This document shows positions 37,460-46,337 of a stretch of 47,214 nt of DNA, in pieces; positions within the stretch are counted from its first letter, which is position 1; each line of letters starts with the position of its first letter. Both the position numbers and the translations under genes were made by a program. The notes below the pieces were generated by a model that saw nothing but the letters and a program-made list of their open reading frames with translations, was not told the origin of the DNA and searched no databases. The stretch covers positions 1-47,214 of the forward strand of contig JAHRAH010000154.1 of assembly GCA_020027345.1 (NCBI GenBank). Direction: 5' to 3'. This DNA comes from Gammaproteobacteria bacterium. GTDB taxonomy: Bacteria; Pseudomonadota; Gammaproteobacteria; Tethybacterales; Persebacteraceae.

Positions 37460-37930
37460 TTAATCTCCGAATGGTTTGCCGTTGCTTTCGCGGCGGAATG
37501 TTTTTTCGGCTCTTTGGAGAATCATATCCACATCCGGGTAGCGGACTGTGTCTTCCGCCGGCATGCGCGAGCCGATTTCCAGAAGGCGGGCGGGGGACTT
37601 GCCGTCGTTGCGAAAGCAATGCGCGTCGGTGTTGCCGGCGGGAAAGCCCGCGCATTCGCCGGCTTGCATTCGCGTTTCGCCGCCGTCGGTTATCAGCAAA
37701 ACCTCGCCTTCCAAAACCATCACAAATTCATCCTCGCGGCTGTGCCAGTGCCGCAGCGAAGAGTCGCATCCCGGCGGCAGCACAAGCACATTCACGCCAA
37801 ACTGCGAAAGCCCGAAAGCGTCGCCGAGACGGTGCCGCCGCCGCCCCGCCGTCGCGCCTTTCACCGACGCCGGATAGGCGGAGCCGACGGAAGGCGTTAT
37901 ATCTTCCGCGCGCAAAGTTTTCGCTTTCAT
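37460..37930 (-). CDS. cupin-domain protein
   Basis: ATG at 37930. LRHWHSREDEFVMVLEGE...AHCFRN fits the cupin motifs. Confidence 0.75.
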   Translation of the reverse strand: MKAKTLRAEDITPSVGSAYPASVKGATAGRRRHRLGDAFGLSQFGVNVLVLPPGCDSSLRHWHSREDEFVMVLEGEVLLITDGGETRMQAGECAGFPAGNTDAHCFRNDGKSPARLLEIGSRMPAEDTVRYPDVDMILQRAEKTFRRESNGKPFGD

Positions 37931-37947
37931 AAACAGTCCAGTCGCGG

Positions 37948-38592
37948 TTACGCGGATTCCAAAACGACATAATACGCGGCGATGCCGACGCCGGCGAGGT
38001 AGGGTTTTTTCTCCGCCGAAAGCAGTTTCGCTTTGCCTTCGCTTTGCAGGCGCGCGAAAGTTTTCGGGTATTCCATTTTTTCGTAAAACAATTCGTTCAC
38101 GGAAAAAACCAAAAACCCTCCGGCGCAAACGACGCGCGCGAGTTCGCCCACGCCTTCGGGGCCGACATGCCCGCCGGTGAACATTCCCGCGCTCATCGCC
38201 CCGGCGTATTCGCCGTCGGCGAAAGGCAGCCCCGCCAGAATGTCCGCTTCCGCGAGTTTGCGGTAGATATTTTTTTGTTCGGCGCGCCGCAGCATTTCCG
38301 GCGAGAGGTCGGCGCCGTCAATGGCGGAAAAACCCTCCTGCGCCAGCGCCAGCCCGGAAAGCCCGGTGCCGCAGCCGGCGTCCAAAACCCGCGCCGCGCG
38401 GTCGGCGCAGTGCCGCGCAAAGATCTCCGCGGCGACGGCGGCGGAAACATATTCGCTCTTCGCCATGTCGTCCTCGTAAATGCGCGCCCATTCCTCGTAT
38501 TTCGCCCGCGTCTGCGCCGGCGTCTCGCATTCGTACAGCGACAAAATCCTCCCGCGCGTGTCCCCGCTTTCGCCCTCGCCCGCCATGCCCAT
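37948..38592 (-). CDS. class I SAM-dependent methyltransferase
   Basis: ATG at 38592. Motif I VLDAGCGTGLSG. The longer ORF start at 38658 runs through a repeat. Confidence 0.75.
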   Translation of the reverse strand: MGMAGEGESGDTRGRILSLYECETPAQTRAKYEEWARIYEDDMAKSEYVSAAVAAEIFARHCADRAARVLDAGCGTGLSGLALAQEGFSAIDGADLSPEMLRRAEQKNIYRKLAEADILAGLPFADGEYAGAMSAGMFTGGHVGPEGVGELARVVCAGGFLVFSVNELFYEKMEYPKTFARLQSEGKAKLLSAEKKPYLAGVGIAAYYVVLESA

Positions 38593-38620
38593 ATTGTAAC
38601 CGTTTTTTTTCCAACCTTGA

Positions 38621-38649
38621 CCGTCATTCCCCGCAGGCGGAAATGACGG
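38621..38649. repeat. short GTCATT..AATGAC palindromic repeat
   Basis: CCGTCATTCCCCGCAGGCGGAAATGACGG, an imperfect palindrome related to the family A/B termini. Confidence 0.6.
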
Positions 38650-38675
38650 TCGGGGCAAAAAGAATTTACTTGCCG

Positions 38676-39344
38676 TTATTGCGGGCGCAGTATATGCACC
38701 GAAAGCCCGTCTCCCAGTGTTTTGCGCGCAATTTCCAGTAAGTGCGCGTGGTGGGAGAAAAACAGAACTTGCGTTTTTTCCGCCAATTTGCCGAGAATCT
38801 TAAAGCCGGCGGCGGCGCGCTCGTTGTCAAAATTCACAAAGAGGTCGTCGGCGATAAACGGCAACCCCGAGGCGTGCTTTTCCAGACGCTCTTCCAGAGC
38901 CGCCACAAAAAGCGCCAAATACATTTGGTCCCGCGTTCCGTCGCTCATTCCTTCAACCCGGACATATTCGCCGCCTTGCCTGACCCCCGCCAAAACCGGC
39001 TTGTCGCCCTCGTCGTAATCTTCGCGAACGCCCTCAAAAGCCCCCGCCGTCAATTGACGCAACAAATCATCGGTGCGCGCCAAGGCGCGGTCTTTTCCTT
39101 CCCTGCTTTTATTAATCGCCATTTGCAGCAATTTGCCCGCCGCTTTGGCGCGGGCGTATTGTTCAAAAGCGTACAGCATTTCGCCCAAAGCCGCCAGCCG
39201 CTCCGACTCTGCGGCGGAGGCGTCATTGCCGCCGGTAATTTTTTTCCGCTCATGTTCGGCGTCATTGATTTGTTCTTGCAAAGAATCGCGCATCCTTTCC
39301 AAGTCGGAAGATTCGTCATCCAGCCGGGACGCCTCGGCGCGCAA
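38676..39344 (-). CDS. C-terminal head fragment of the Rad50/SbcC/YhaN-like ATPase (in frame with the upstream fragment, after a TAA)
   Basis: Signature-like MSDGTRDQMYLAL, Walker B LPFIADDLFVNFD, FFSHH. Separated from the upstream ORF only by TAA (39350-39348) plus one codon. Confidence 0.7.
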   Translation of the reverse strand: MRAEASRLDDESSDLERMRDSLQEQINDAEHERKKITGGNDASAAESERLAALGEMLYAFEQYARAKAAGKLLQMAINKSREGKDRALARTDDLLRQLTAGAFEGVREDYDEGDKPVLAGVRQGGEYVRVEGMSDGTRDQMYLALFVAALEERLEKHASGLPFIADDLFVNFDNERAAAGFKILGKLAEKTQVLFFSHHAHLLEIARKTLGDGLSVHILRPQ

Positions 39345-39347
39345 CTG

Positions 39348-42134
39348 TTAGTCGTCCTCTTCTTCGTTGTCGCTTTCCCGCTTCAAGTCCTCGGGCGATT
39401 TGCCTCCGCCAAGCGCCATTAAGTCGCGCCGAATGTCGCCATTTTTTTTCTTGAGCGCAAGTTTCTCGCCGCTTTTCTCGGCGGCATCCAAAAGCGCATC
39501 ATGGTCTTTAACGCCGGCCCGCTTTATCAGCGGTTCCAACGCTTCCTCTTCCGAACTGAGATGGCTTTGCCACTCATCCCTGCGGCGCTGCAAATCTTTT
39601 AGTTTGTCTTCAATTCCACGCCGCCGGTCGCTTTTGCTGTTTTCCTCCTGCAAACGAATTAACAATTTCTGCGCCAATCCGATGCAGTCGGAAGAGCGCT
39701 CCGCCGGGGGCAGAAATTTTGCCAGCCGCGTCACATCGGACCCAAACCCGCGAACTGTCGCTTTCATTTCGCGGATACGCTCATCCAATTCTTCAACCGT
39801 GCGATGGCAATCCTCCACTTCGTCAAACAAATCCATTTTTTCCTGTAATTCGGGCATCGCCGTCTCAGCGTTCAATCCGCAAGCGGTCAAGGCGCTTTTC
39901 CATTGCTCGCCCCATTCGTCCCTGTTTTTTTCCGCGCGGGCGAGTTCGTTGACATCCTTTTCCCGCTGACTCTCCGCTTCTTCGCGCCGCGCGAGAGTTT
40001 TTTGGATTTCCTCCGCAATTCTTTCCGCAATTTCAATCAAGCCCGCAAGCGAATGCTTGCCCGGAGGAGGTTTTCCGGCGCGCAAAACCGCTTTGGAAAG
40101 GAGCAGTCCGGTTTTTTTTTCGTCCTCGCGCAGACGATTAATTTCTTTGTCTTTCGCGTTTTTTGCTTGCAAATTCCGCAAGACATCATCGCGCCGGCGC
40201 AGCCATTCCCGCATTTCATCCGGCGTCAGCGGGATTATCCCCGCCCTCCGCCATTCGCGCCGCCATTTTTCTATTTTGCGCGCGATTTCCTCTTGCAGTT
40301 GTTTTTGCGCGCCGTCAATCTTCGTCAATTCGGCGCGGGCTTCTTGAATGCCTTTTTCGCAATCGTCAAGCCGCGCCGAATGTTCGGCATTTTTAAATCT
40401 TTCGTCGGCCAAATCGTCCGCCTCGCGAACTAACGCTGCAAATCCGTCCGCAACACTGGCGGCGCGTTGCGCCGGCTTTTGCTCTCGCGTCTTTTTCCCG
40501 GGCAAAACATACATATCGCGAATGCGCTCCCATGCACTGTCGCGCTCTTCGCGCTTCAGCCGCATATCTTCCTCGGATGCGGCAATTCCGGATTCTTTAA
40601 TTTCTTTGTTTTTCTCCTGCAGCGCCTTCAGGCGGTTTTCCGCCTGTTTGCGCTCCGCTTCAAGTTCGCCCGCCTTCTGATTTAACCCGGCAAACCCTTG
40701 TTTGTAAGCGTCAAGAGACGCGTTCATCGGGACCGTCAACGCCGCCAATTGCTCCGCGTCTCCTTCCCATAAAGGAGCAAGGGATTTTAATCCGACGGCT
40801 ATGCCCGCCGCCAACTCGCCGCTTTCTTTTTGCGCGTTCTTAATTCGCTCGCCCGCCTCGCTTCCGCGGGCGTCTTTAATCGCCGCGCGCAACGCATTTA
40901 AAGAATTGGCGTTTTGTTTTTCTCCGGGCGGCAGCGGCGTTTGCAATCGCCCCTGCAACATTTTTATATCCCGGAAAATTCCCCCGCCTTCCTCTTTCAG
41001 ATCAAGCAGGCGATTCCGCCGGGCGGACGGCGGCGCTTTAATTTCCCGCACGCTCTTGGCGCTCCTTCCAAGAAGTTGGGCGCATTCCATAATGCGTTCT
41101 TTTTTTCCGTCAATCTCGGACTGCCGGAGAGGAATGTCGCTCTCCGCTTGGCGCGCCAATTCGCGCCTACCGGCAACATCCTGAATGGCTAGCCCTTCTT
41201 TAAGGAAGGAGTAATCGGGCTTGACGATTTCCCTGTCGCGTCGCAATCCCTCAATTTGCTCGCCGCAGGACTCCAAGTGAATCCGCGCCTTATTTATGCG
41301 CCCAACGGCATCGGACACCTGCGTGTGCGCATTTTCGGGCAAAGTTGCAATTCCCTCCAATCTCTTCAACTCGCTCAGCATATCGTCGCCCCGGCGCAAA
41401 AGCGGGCGCGCAGACAAAATTCTGTCAATTTGACGCCGGCGATTCTTGCATTCTCTCAGCCGTGCACCGGCATCCTCTCGCTCTTTCCGTAACCCGGAAA
41501 GTTTCTCTTCCAGCGCACGCAATTCTTCCGGGTGCGTCATCGCGCGCTTTTTTCTTTCGTCGGCGTCCTCGTAACGCTCTTTCGCCTGTTGATAGGCGCG
41601 CCGTTGGGCCTTTTTTGCGCCCCAAAATCTGTCGGCTTCCTTTTCCAGATTGTCCGCAACCACACTCAATCCGGTCACCCCGGAGTGCGCGGATAACAAA
41701 GCGGCGCTCAAATCGCCCCCGCTTAAAAGCAATTCGTCGCCGCCCGCGCGCAGCCGCGAGCAATTGAGCCCGAACATTTTGGAAAATTCCTCGCGGCGCA
41801 CCCTGAGCCAATCACGCAACAATGCCTCATCGGCGAGGTTGCCCGCCTCGTCCATAAGCGTGTTTTTGAGCCCCTTGCGGCGGCGGTAGCGGCGAACCTC
41901 GCCGCTTTGCTCAACCTCCGCCTCCAAAGCCAATTCGCCGGGATAAAAGGCGTAGGGCGTTCTTGCTTCAACCCCAAAGAGCAAGTCGGTTATCCCCGCA
42001 AGAGCCGTGCTTTTCCCGGCTTCATTGTCCCCCAGCACAAAATGAAAGTCCCCGCCATCCGCCGGCGCAGGAAACGACAATTCCTCGCCATGGAACACGC
42101 CGTATCCGGTGAATTTTAATCGGACAAACCGCAT
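39348..42134 (-). CDS. N-terminal head plus coiled-coil fragment of the Rad50/SbcC/YhaN-like AAA ATPase
   Basis: ATG at 42134 (MRFVRLKFTGYGVF), Walker A GDNEAGKST, about 800 aa of E/R/K/L/A-rich coiled-coil-like sequence, no CxxC hook. Ends ...NEEEDD-TAA. Confidence 0.75.
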   Translation of the reverse strand: MRFVRLKFTGYGVFHGEELSFPAPADGGDFHFVLGDNEAGKSTALAGITDLLFGVEARTPYAFYPGELALEAEVEQSGEVRRYRRRKGLKNTLMDEAGNLADEALLRDWLRVRREEFSKMFGLNCSRLRAGGDELLLSGGDLSAALLSAHSGVTGLSVVADNLEKEADRFWGAKKAQRRAYQQAKERYEDADERKKRAMTHPEELRALEEKLSGLRKEREDAGARLRECKNRRRQIDRILSARPLLRRGDDMLSELKRLEGIATLPENAHTQVSDAVGRINKARIHLESCGEQIEGLRRDREIVKPDYSFLKEGLAIQDVAGRRELARQAESDIPLRQSEIDGKKERIMECAQLLGRSAKSVREIKAPPSARRNRLLDLKEEGGGIFRDIKMLQGRLQTPLPPGEKQNANSLNALRAAIKDARGSEAGERIKNAQKESGELAAGIAVGLKSLAPLWEGDAEQLAALTVPMNASLDAYKQGFAGLNQKAGELEAERKQAENRLKALQEKNKEIKESGIAASEEDMRLKREERDSAWERIRDMYVLPGKKTREQKPAQRAASVADGFAALVREADDLADERFKNAEHSARLDDCEKGIQEARAELTKIDGAQKQLQEEIARKIEKWRREWRRAGIIPLTPDEMREWLRRRDDVLRNLQAKNAKDKEINRLREDEKKTGLLLSKAVLRAGKPPPGKHSLAGLIEIAERIAEEIQKTLARREEAESQREKDVNELARAEKNRDEWGEQWKSALTACGLNAETAMPELQEKMDLFDEVEDCHRTVEELDERIREMKATVRGFGSDVTRLAKFLPPAERSSDCIGLAQKLLIRLQEENSKSDRRRGIEDKLKDLQRRRDEWQSHLSSEEEALEPLIKRAGVKDHDALLDAAEKSGEKLALKKKNGDIRRDLMALGGGKSPEDLKRESDNEEEDD

Positions 42135-42135
42135 G

Positions 42136-43422
42136 TTATTCTCCCAGACGAATGCGGGCAAGCAAATCGTTGCGAATGTCTTCCGCAATTTCATTGCAGT
42201 CCCCGGCATGCAATTTTGCCAAAAACGAATCCGGCTCCAATTTCAACGCAGCAAGCGCGTGAGGGCTGCTGATGCGCTCCAAATCCGCCCGGACATCGGC
42301 AAACACCGCATCGGCTTCGCCGTCTTTGCCAAATTCAAACCCGCGCAAAACATCGCCCGCGTTAACCCCCGCGTCGTCAAGGGAGGACAACGGCTCGGTG
42401 TTAATGCGTATTTTTTCCAGCCATATCCGTCCGCCCGTTTCCGAAGCGAGCAACGGCGCGACGGTTTCCTTAAAATTATGCCTGTTGTTGCGAAGGTAAT
42501 CGTTTGCCTTGGCGCGGCCGCTCACCGTCAACCGCGCTATAACCGGAACTGGCGAATTTTCCGCAACGCGCAAAAACTCCTGTCGTATTTTTTCGTGCAG
42601 GCCATCTTCACCGTCGTCCGGCTCCAGTTTCACTTTCACTGCGGCCCAACGCGCTTCGTCAAAGGGCTCGTGGCGCACATCGCTGACGACGCCGTTTTCC
42701 ACCGTGACCAAGGTCGCGCCTTTGCGGTTTTCACCGTCGGCTTCGCCGATGTGCCGCCCTTGTAAATTCCCGGGATACACTACCCAGCAGGGATTGCCGC
42801 GCAACAATTCTTCCCTTTTGTGAATATGACCGAGCGCCCAATAATCGTAGCCCTTCGCCGTCAAATTCTCGCGGCTGCACGGCGCGTAATTGTCATGCCC
42901 CTGATAACCGCCTAGCGAAGTGTGCAGTATGCCGATATTAAAGCAACCGGCAACCGGGGACGGGTAATTCCGCGCCAAATTTTCCGACACGCTCCGCGTC
43001 CCGAAACTTTGCCCGTGCAGGCAAATTTCCGCGTCGTCATCGGATAACGAAACCGTCCCCGCTTTCTTGGCGTCAAAAACATGAACGCCGGAAAAGGACG
43101 GCATGTTTTTGATAATGCCGCTGCGCGCATCGTGGTTGCCGTAGATGATGTAAACCGGAATATTCGCATTCCTCAACTTTTGCAGTTGGAGATGGAAAAA
43201 CAATCCGGTGTTGGAATCGGGCAAGTCGCCGTCGTAGATGTCGCCGGCGATTATCACAAATTTGACTTCCTCCCGGACGGCGAATTCAATCATCTTTTCC
43301 AGCGCCCGCCTCGGCGCTTGGCGAATTTCATTCGCGGGCAAGCCGTCATGCCCGGACAATCCCCGCAAGGGGCTGTCCAAATGAATATCCGCAGCGTGCA
43401 AAAATTGAAATCCCACAGTCAC
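42136..43422 (-). CDS. Mre11/SbcD-like metallophosphoesterase (DNA repair exonuclease family)
   Basis: GTG start preceded by GGAAGGG. Motifs FLHAADIHLDSP, IAGDIYD, GNHD, GHIH. Its stop lies 1 nt before the ATPase ATG. Confidence 0.8.
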   Translation of the reverse strand: MTVGFQFLHAADIHLDSPLRGLSGHDGLPANEIRQAPRRALEKMIEFAVREEVKFVIIAGDIYDGDLPDSNTGLFFHLQLQKLRNANIPVYIIYGNHDARSGIIKNMPSFSGVHVFDAKKAGTVSLSDDDAEICLHGQSFGTRSVSENLARNYPSPVAGCFNIGILHTSLGGYQGHDNYAPCSRENLTAKGYDYWALGHIHKREELLRGNPCWVVYPGNLQGRHIGEADGENRKGATLVTVENGVVSDVRHEPFDEARWAAVKVKLEPDDGEDGLHEKIRQEFLRVAENSPVPVIARLTVSGRAKANDYLRNNRHNFKETVAPLLASETGGRIWLEKIRINTEPLSSLDDAGVNAGDVLRGFEFGKDGEADAVFADVRADLERISSPHALAALKLEPDSFLAKLHAGDCNEIAEDIRNDLLARIRLGE

Positions 43423-43445
43423 AGGCCCTTCCGTGTGCGCCGCTC

Positions 43446-43451
43446 ATTGTA
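43446..43451 (-). promoter_or_regulatory. -10 box TACAAT for the nuclease/ATPase operon (leadered)
   Basis: Minus strand reads GGTGTACAAT, then 23 nt including GGAAGGG, then GTG 43422. Confidence 0.35.
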
Positions 43452-43579
43452 CACCAAAATTACGAAACAATCTCAATGCGAAAGTATGCTCCCTTGCAAG
43501 CGGCAACTTTAATTGAAAAGTATTGCGTCTGCGCGGGAATGACGCGGGGGAATGTCGCAAATTAGCGCGCGGGGGAAAA

Positions 43580-43588
43580 TGATAGAAT
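43580..43588 (+). promoter_or_regulatory. extended -10 box TGaTAGAAT, 7 nt before ATG 43596
   Basis: Overlaps the first ATG (43587) of the 722-aa ORF. The second ATG (43596) sits at the expected transcription start. Confidence 0.4.
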
Positions 43589-45755
43589 GGCGCGGATGAG
43601 CAAGAATTCCTTTGACGCGCGGGCGGGGCCTTTGCCGGGCTTTGTGGGGGCGGAGTGGGCGAAGAGCCAGATAGGCGTCGGCGCCGCCAGCCGGCAGCGC
43701 GCCATCGCCGAGGAACTGGCGAAGAAATACGCCCACTGGGGCGGGGCCGAAGAGGGGGACGAGTTCTACGGCAAAATCGCGCAGGACCTCGCAATCCCCG
43801 GCTTTGTGGACGCCGTTTTGGAGGCCTCGCCCGGCAAGGGGAAGAAGACAAAAAAGCCGCCGTTTTGGTTTATTTTTGAGCGGATTATGTCGCAGGCCGG
43901 GGGCGTCCCCAAGGGGCGGTTCAAAGCCGCCTGCGAGCGCGCCGTGGAGAACGCCCGGCAAAAGGAGCAATGGGAAAACCTCGCCGACTTCGCCTTTTTC
44001 GCGGCGCTCTGGCTGCGCAACCCCGACGAGATTCTGCCCGCCGTGCGCGGCACGCCCGTGGAAGCGCAGTTGGCGGATTTCCTCGCCGACTTCGCCGAAA
44101 AAAGCGCGGGCGAAAAGAGCGCGCACCGCGAGCAAATGCTGGAAGAATCCCGCGAACGCTGGCGCGCGCTCATGCAAAAACTCGCCGCCGAAATCAAAAC
44201 CTGGGAGGAAGACCCCCACCCGCGCGCGCTCCTGCGCATGCGCGAATACGAGGAGGAAATGGAGGACGCCCTGCGCGCCTACGCAGGCATCCGCGAAAAA
44301 GCGGCGAAGGCCAAAGTCGGCGCGCTGCTGAAAGAGGGCGCGGAAACGCTTGAGCCCTTCGCCAAGGACGCGGCAATCGCCCCGCTGCGCGACAAACTCC
44401 TGCAACTTTCCGAAGACGGCGAGGGCGCGGCGCCCGAAGTGATGGCGGGCATCGGCGCCGACGGCGAGGGTTTTTCCGGCGCGCTGCAGGCGCTCGCCGC
44501 GATGGTCGTTTGCCGCCAGCAGATGGAAAAAGAAGCCGCCCGCGCCGCCGCCGAAGGCAAGACCGACGCCGCGGCAAAAATCGGCGCGCAAGCGGACAAG
44601 GCGCGCTCCGACATTCAGTCCGCCGCCGCCCGGATGCTGAAAAAACTCGGCGCCCGTCCCCCCGCGCCGCCGCCGGAAGCCGATGCCGCCTTGCAAACTC
44701 CTCCTCCTCCTCCGCCCCCGCCCCCGCCGGAACCGGAAGCGGAACCGGAAAAACCCGAACCCGCGCCGCCGCCGCCGCCGACGGAAGAAGAAAAGCGGGC
44801 GGAGCGCGCAAACCTCGCCGCGGTCAAACTCGTTTTGGCGGATTACTACGACGCCGCCTACCGCGCCGTGCGCGCGGCGGAAAAGCAGGCGCCGGGGGGG
44901 GAGTTTCTTTTTCCTTCGGCGGCGCTGCGGCTTTTGGCGTCGCCCGAACTCGCTGCGGAAGGCAATGTCGCCGCCGATTTGGAGGCGGCGCTCAAACACT
45001 GTTCGGGCGAGCCGGCGAAGATTGCGGTTTTTGCCGCGGCGCTTTTTCCCGCCGTGTTTTTCTTTGACGGGCGCGAACTCTTTCAGCCGCGCGGACCCTT
45101 GGACGGTTTCGGCGGCGAGCGGCTGGCGGCGCTGCGCGCGCGCGTTTGCGATTTCGGGACATGGGGGGTAACGCCCGCGGTTTTTGCTTCCGCCGGCGGC
45201 GGCGGCGAGGATTCCGACGCGCGCGCCGACTTGGCGGCGTGGTACAACGAAAACAAGGACAAGACCATTAAATACGCCGGCGCCACGCACATCTGGAAAG
45301 AGTGGATGAAAAAAGAGGGCGTTTTGGGCGCGGTGATGCTGCCGCTGCTGCAGCGTCCCTCCGGCGCGGATTTGGCGGCGGCGGAGCATTTTTTGCACGG
45401 GCACCGCAACGACAAAGACATCGGGCGGCTGATAGAAACCGGCGCCGGGCAGTACGGCGAGAAAAAAATTGAAGGCGGCGCCAAACACCGCATGTACGAA
45501 TTGTTCAAGGAAGGCGCGGCGCTGCTGGAAAAAGCCGCCGAAGCGGCCAGGGAAAGCGGCGCCGACGACGGTTCCGATGTCCTGCGCGAAAAATGCCGCC
45601 TGCTGCTGGAAGAACTCGCGCGCGCAAAAGAATCACAGCCGCCGGAAGGCGCGGACACGCAAACGCTGGCGGCGGAAAAATGCCTGCTGCGCGCCTTCGG
45701 CTTTTTCGCAAAATCCGAACCCGCCCGAATAACAAAAGCGGGCAAGACGCAGTAA
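43587..45755 (+). CDS. hypothetical 722-aa protein, helical/coiled-coil with a central poly-proline linker; no recognisable domain
   Basis: Long ORF with high GC3 and balanced E/K/A/L composition. The antisense 659-aa ORF is Arg/Gly junk. Central PPPPPPPPPPEPEAEPEKPEPAPPPPP. The start may be 43596. Confidence 0.65.
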   Translation: MARMSKNSFDARAGPLPGFVGAEWAKSQIGVGAASRQRAIAEELAKKYAHWGGAEEGDEFYGKIAQDLAIPGFVDAVLEASPGKGKKTKKPPFWFIFERIMSQAGGVPKGRFKAACERAVENARQKEQWENLADFAFFAALWLRNPDEILPAVRGTPVEAQLADFLADFAEKSAGEKSAHREQMLEESRERWRALMQKLAAEIKTWEEDPHPRALLRMREYEEEMEDALRAYAGIREKAAKAKVGALLKEGAETLEPFAKDAAIAPLRDKLLQLSEDGEGAAPEVMAGIGADGEGFSGALQALAAMVVCRQQMEKEAARAAAEGKTDAAAKIGAQADKARSDIQSAAARMLKKLGARPPAPPPEADAALQTPPPPPPPPPPEPEAEPEKPEPAPPPPPTEEEKRAERANLAAVKLVLADYYDAAYRAVRAAEKQAPGGEFLFPSAALRLLASPELAAEGNVAADLEAALKHCSGEPAKIAVFAAALFPAVFFFDGRELFQPRGPLDGFGGERLAALRARVCDFGTWGVTPAVFASAGGGGEDSDARADLAAWYNENKDKTIKYAGATHIWKEWMKKEGVLGAVMLPLLQRPSGADLAAAEHFLHGHRNDKDIGRLIETGAGQYGEKKIEGGAKHRMYELFKEGAALLEKAAEAARESGADDGSDVLREKCRLLLEELARAKESQPPEGADTQTLAAEKCLLRAFGFFAKSEPARITKAGKTQ

Positions 45756-45782
45756 CCGTCCGCGTCATCCCCGCGCTTTTTA

Positions 45783-45860
45783 TTTACCCCCCGCCGCTTG
45801 CGGGGGGGGGCGGAGTTTGCCGCCCGCCAGGGTGGCAAACTCCGGGGGGGTGGAATGCGC
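45783..45860 (+). repeat. family E composite hairpin element, forward copy
   Basis: TTTACCCCCCGCCGCTTGCGGGGGGGGGCGGAGTTTGCCG..GGCAAACTCCGGGGGGGTGGAATGCGC. Paralog of 14183-14289. Confidence 0.75.
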
Positions 45861-45894
45861 CCTTATAAAAACGATTAACCCCAACAGTAACGGA

Positions 45895-45988
45895 CACCCC
45901 CCACTCCCCCGGAACATTCCCCGCCGACTTCGTCGTCGGCGAATGCTCCGACCCCCCCCCGCAAGCGGCGGGGGGGATAGTTAATTTG
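45895..45988 (-). repeat. family E composite hairpin element, reverse copy
   Basis: Paralog of 14443-14530 and ends in the same GATAGTTAATTT. Confidence 0.75.
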
Positions 45989-46019
45989 CCTGCGGCAATT
46001 TATTGAGACACTACTGGAC

Positions 46020-46117
46020 GATAGCGGGCGTCCCCGCCCGCTCCAATTAAATTAGGTCCGGCGGGGACGCCGACCAAGTATGCCCCGTTACACCCCTGGA
46101 GGAGTGTAACGAGAGCG
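46020..46117 (+). repeat. 98-bp direct repeat, copy 1 (contains a 12-bp-stem hairpin and a family D hairpin)
   Basis: Differs from 46224-46321 at one position by hand alignment. Contains GGCGTCCCCGCC...GGCGGGGACGCC. Confidence 0.85.
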
Positions 46118-46133
46118 CCATTTTTTCGCCCTT

Positions 46134-46176
46134 GCGTCATTCCCGCACTTTTTCCAGAGGCGGGAATCCAGCAAAT
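46134..46176 (+). repeat. family A hairpin repeat
   Basis: GCGTCATTCCCGCACTTTTTCCAGAGGCGGGAATCCAGCAAA. Confidence 0.7.
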
Positions 46177-46223
46177 TAAAAACACTTCTCGTTACATCTC
46201 TCCAGAGGTGTAACGATGCCGAT

Positions 46224-46321
46224 GATAGCGGGCGTCCCCGCCCGCTCCAATTAAATTAGGGCCGGCGGGGACGCCGACCAAGTATGCCCCGTTACACCCC
46301 TGGAGGAGTGTAACGAGAGCG
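46224..46321 (+). repeat. 98-bp direct repeat, copy 2
   Basis: See copy 1. The period is 204 bp. Confidence 0.85.
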
Positions 46322-46337
46322 GGGATATCCCCCTGCG

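Noticed and set aside
43509-45488. 659-aa ORF antisense to the 722-aa orphan gene
   Set aside because: Its translation is dominated by Arg/Gly/Phe runs (RRRRRGFGFFRFRFRFRRGRGRRRRRS), typical of the shadow frame of a high-G+C gene. The plus-strand ORF has normal composition and G/C-rich third positions.
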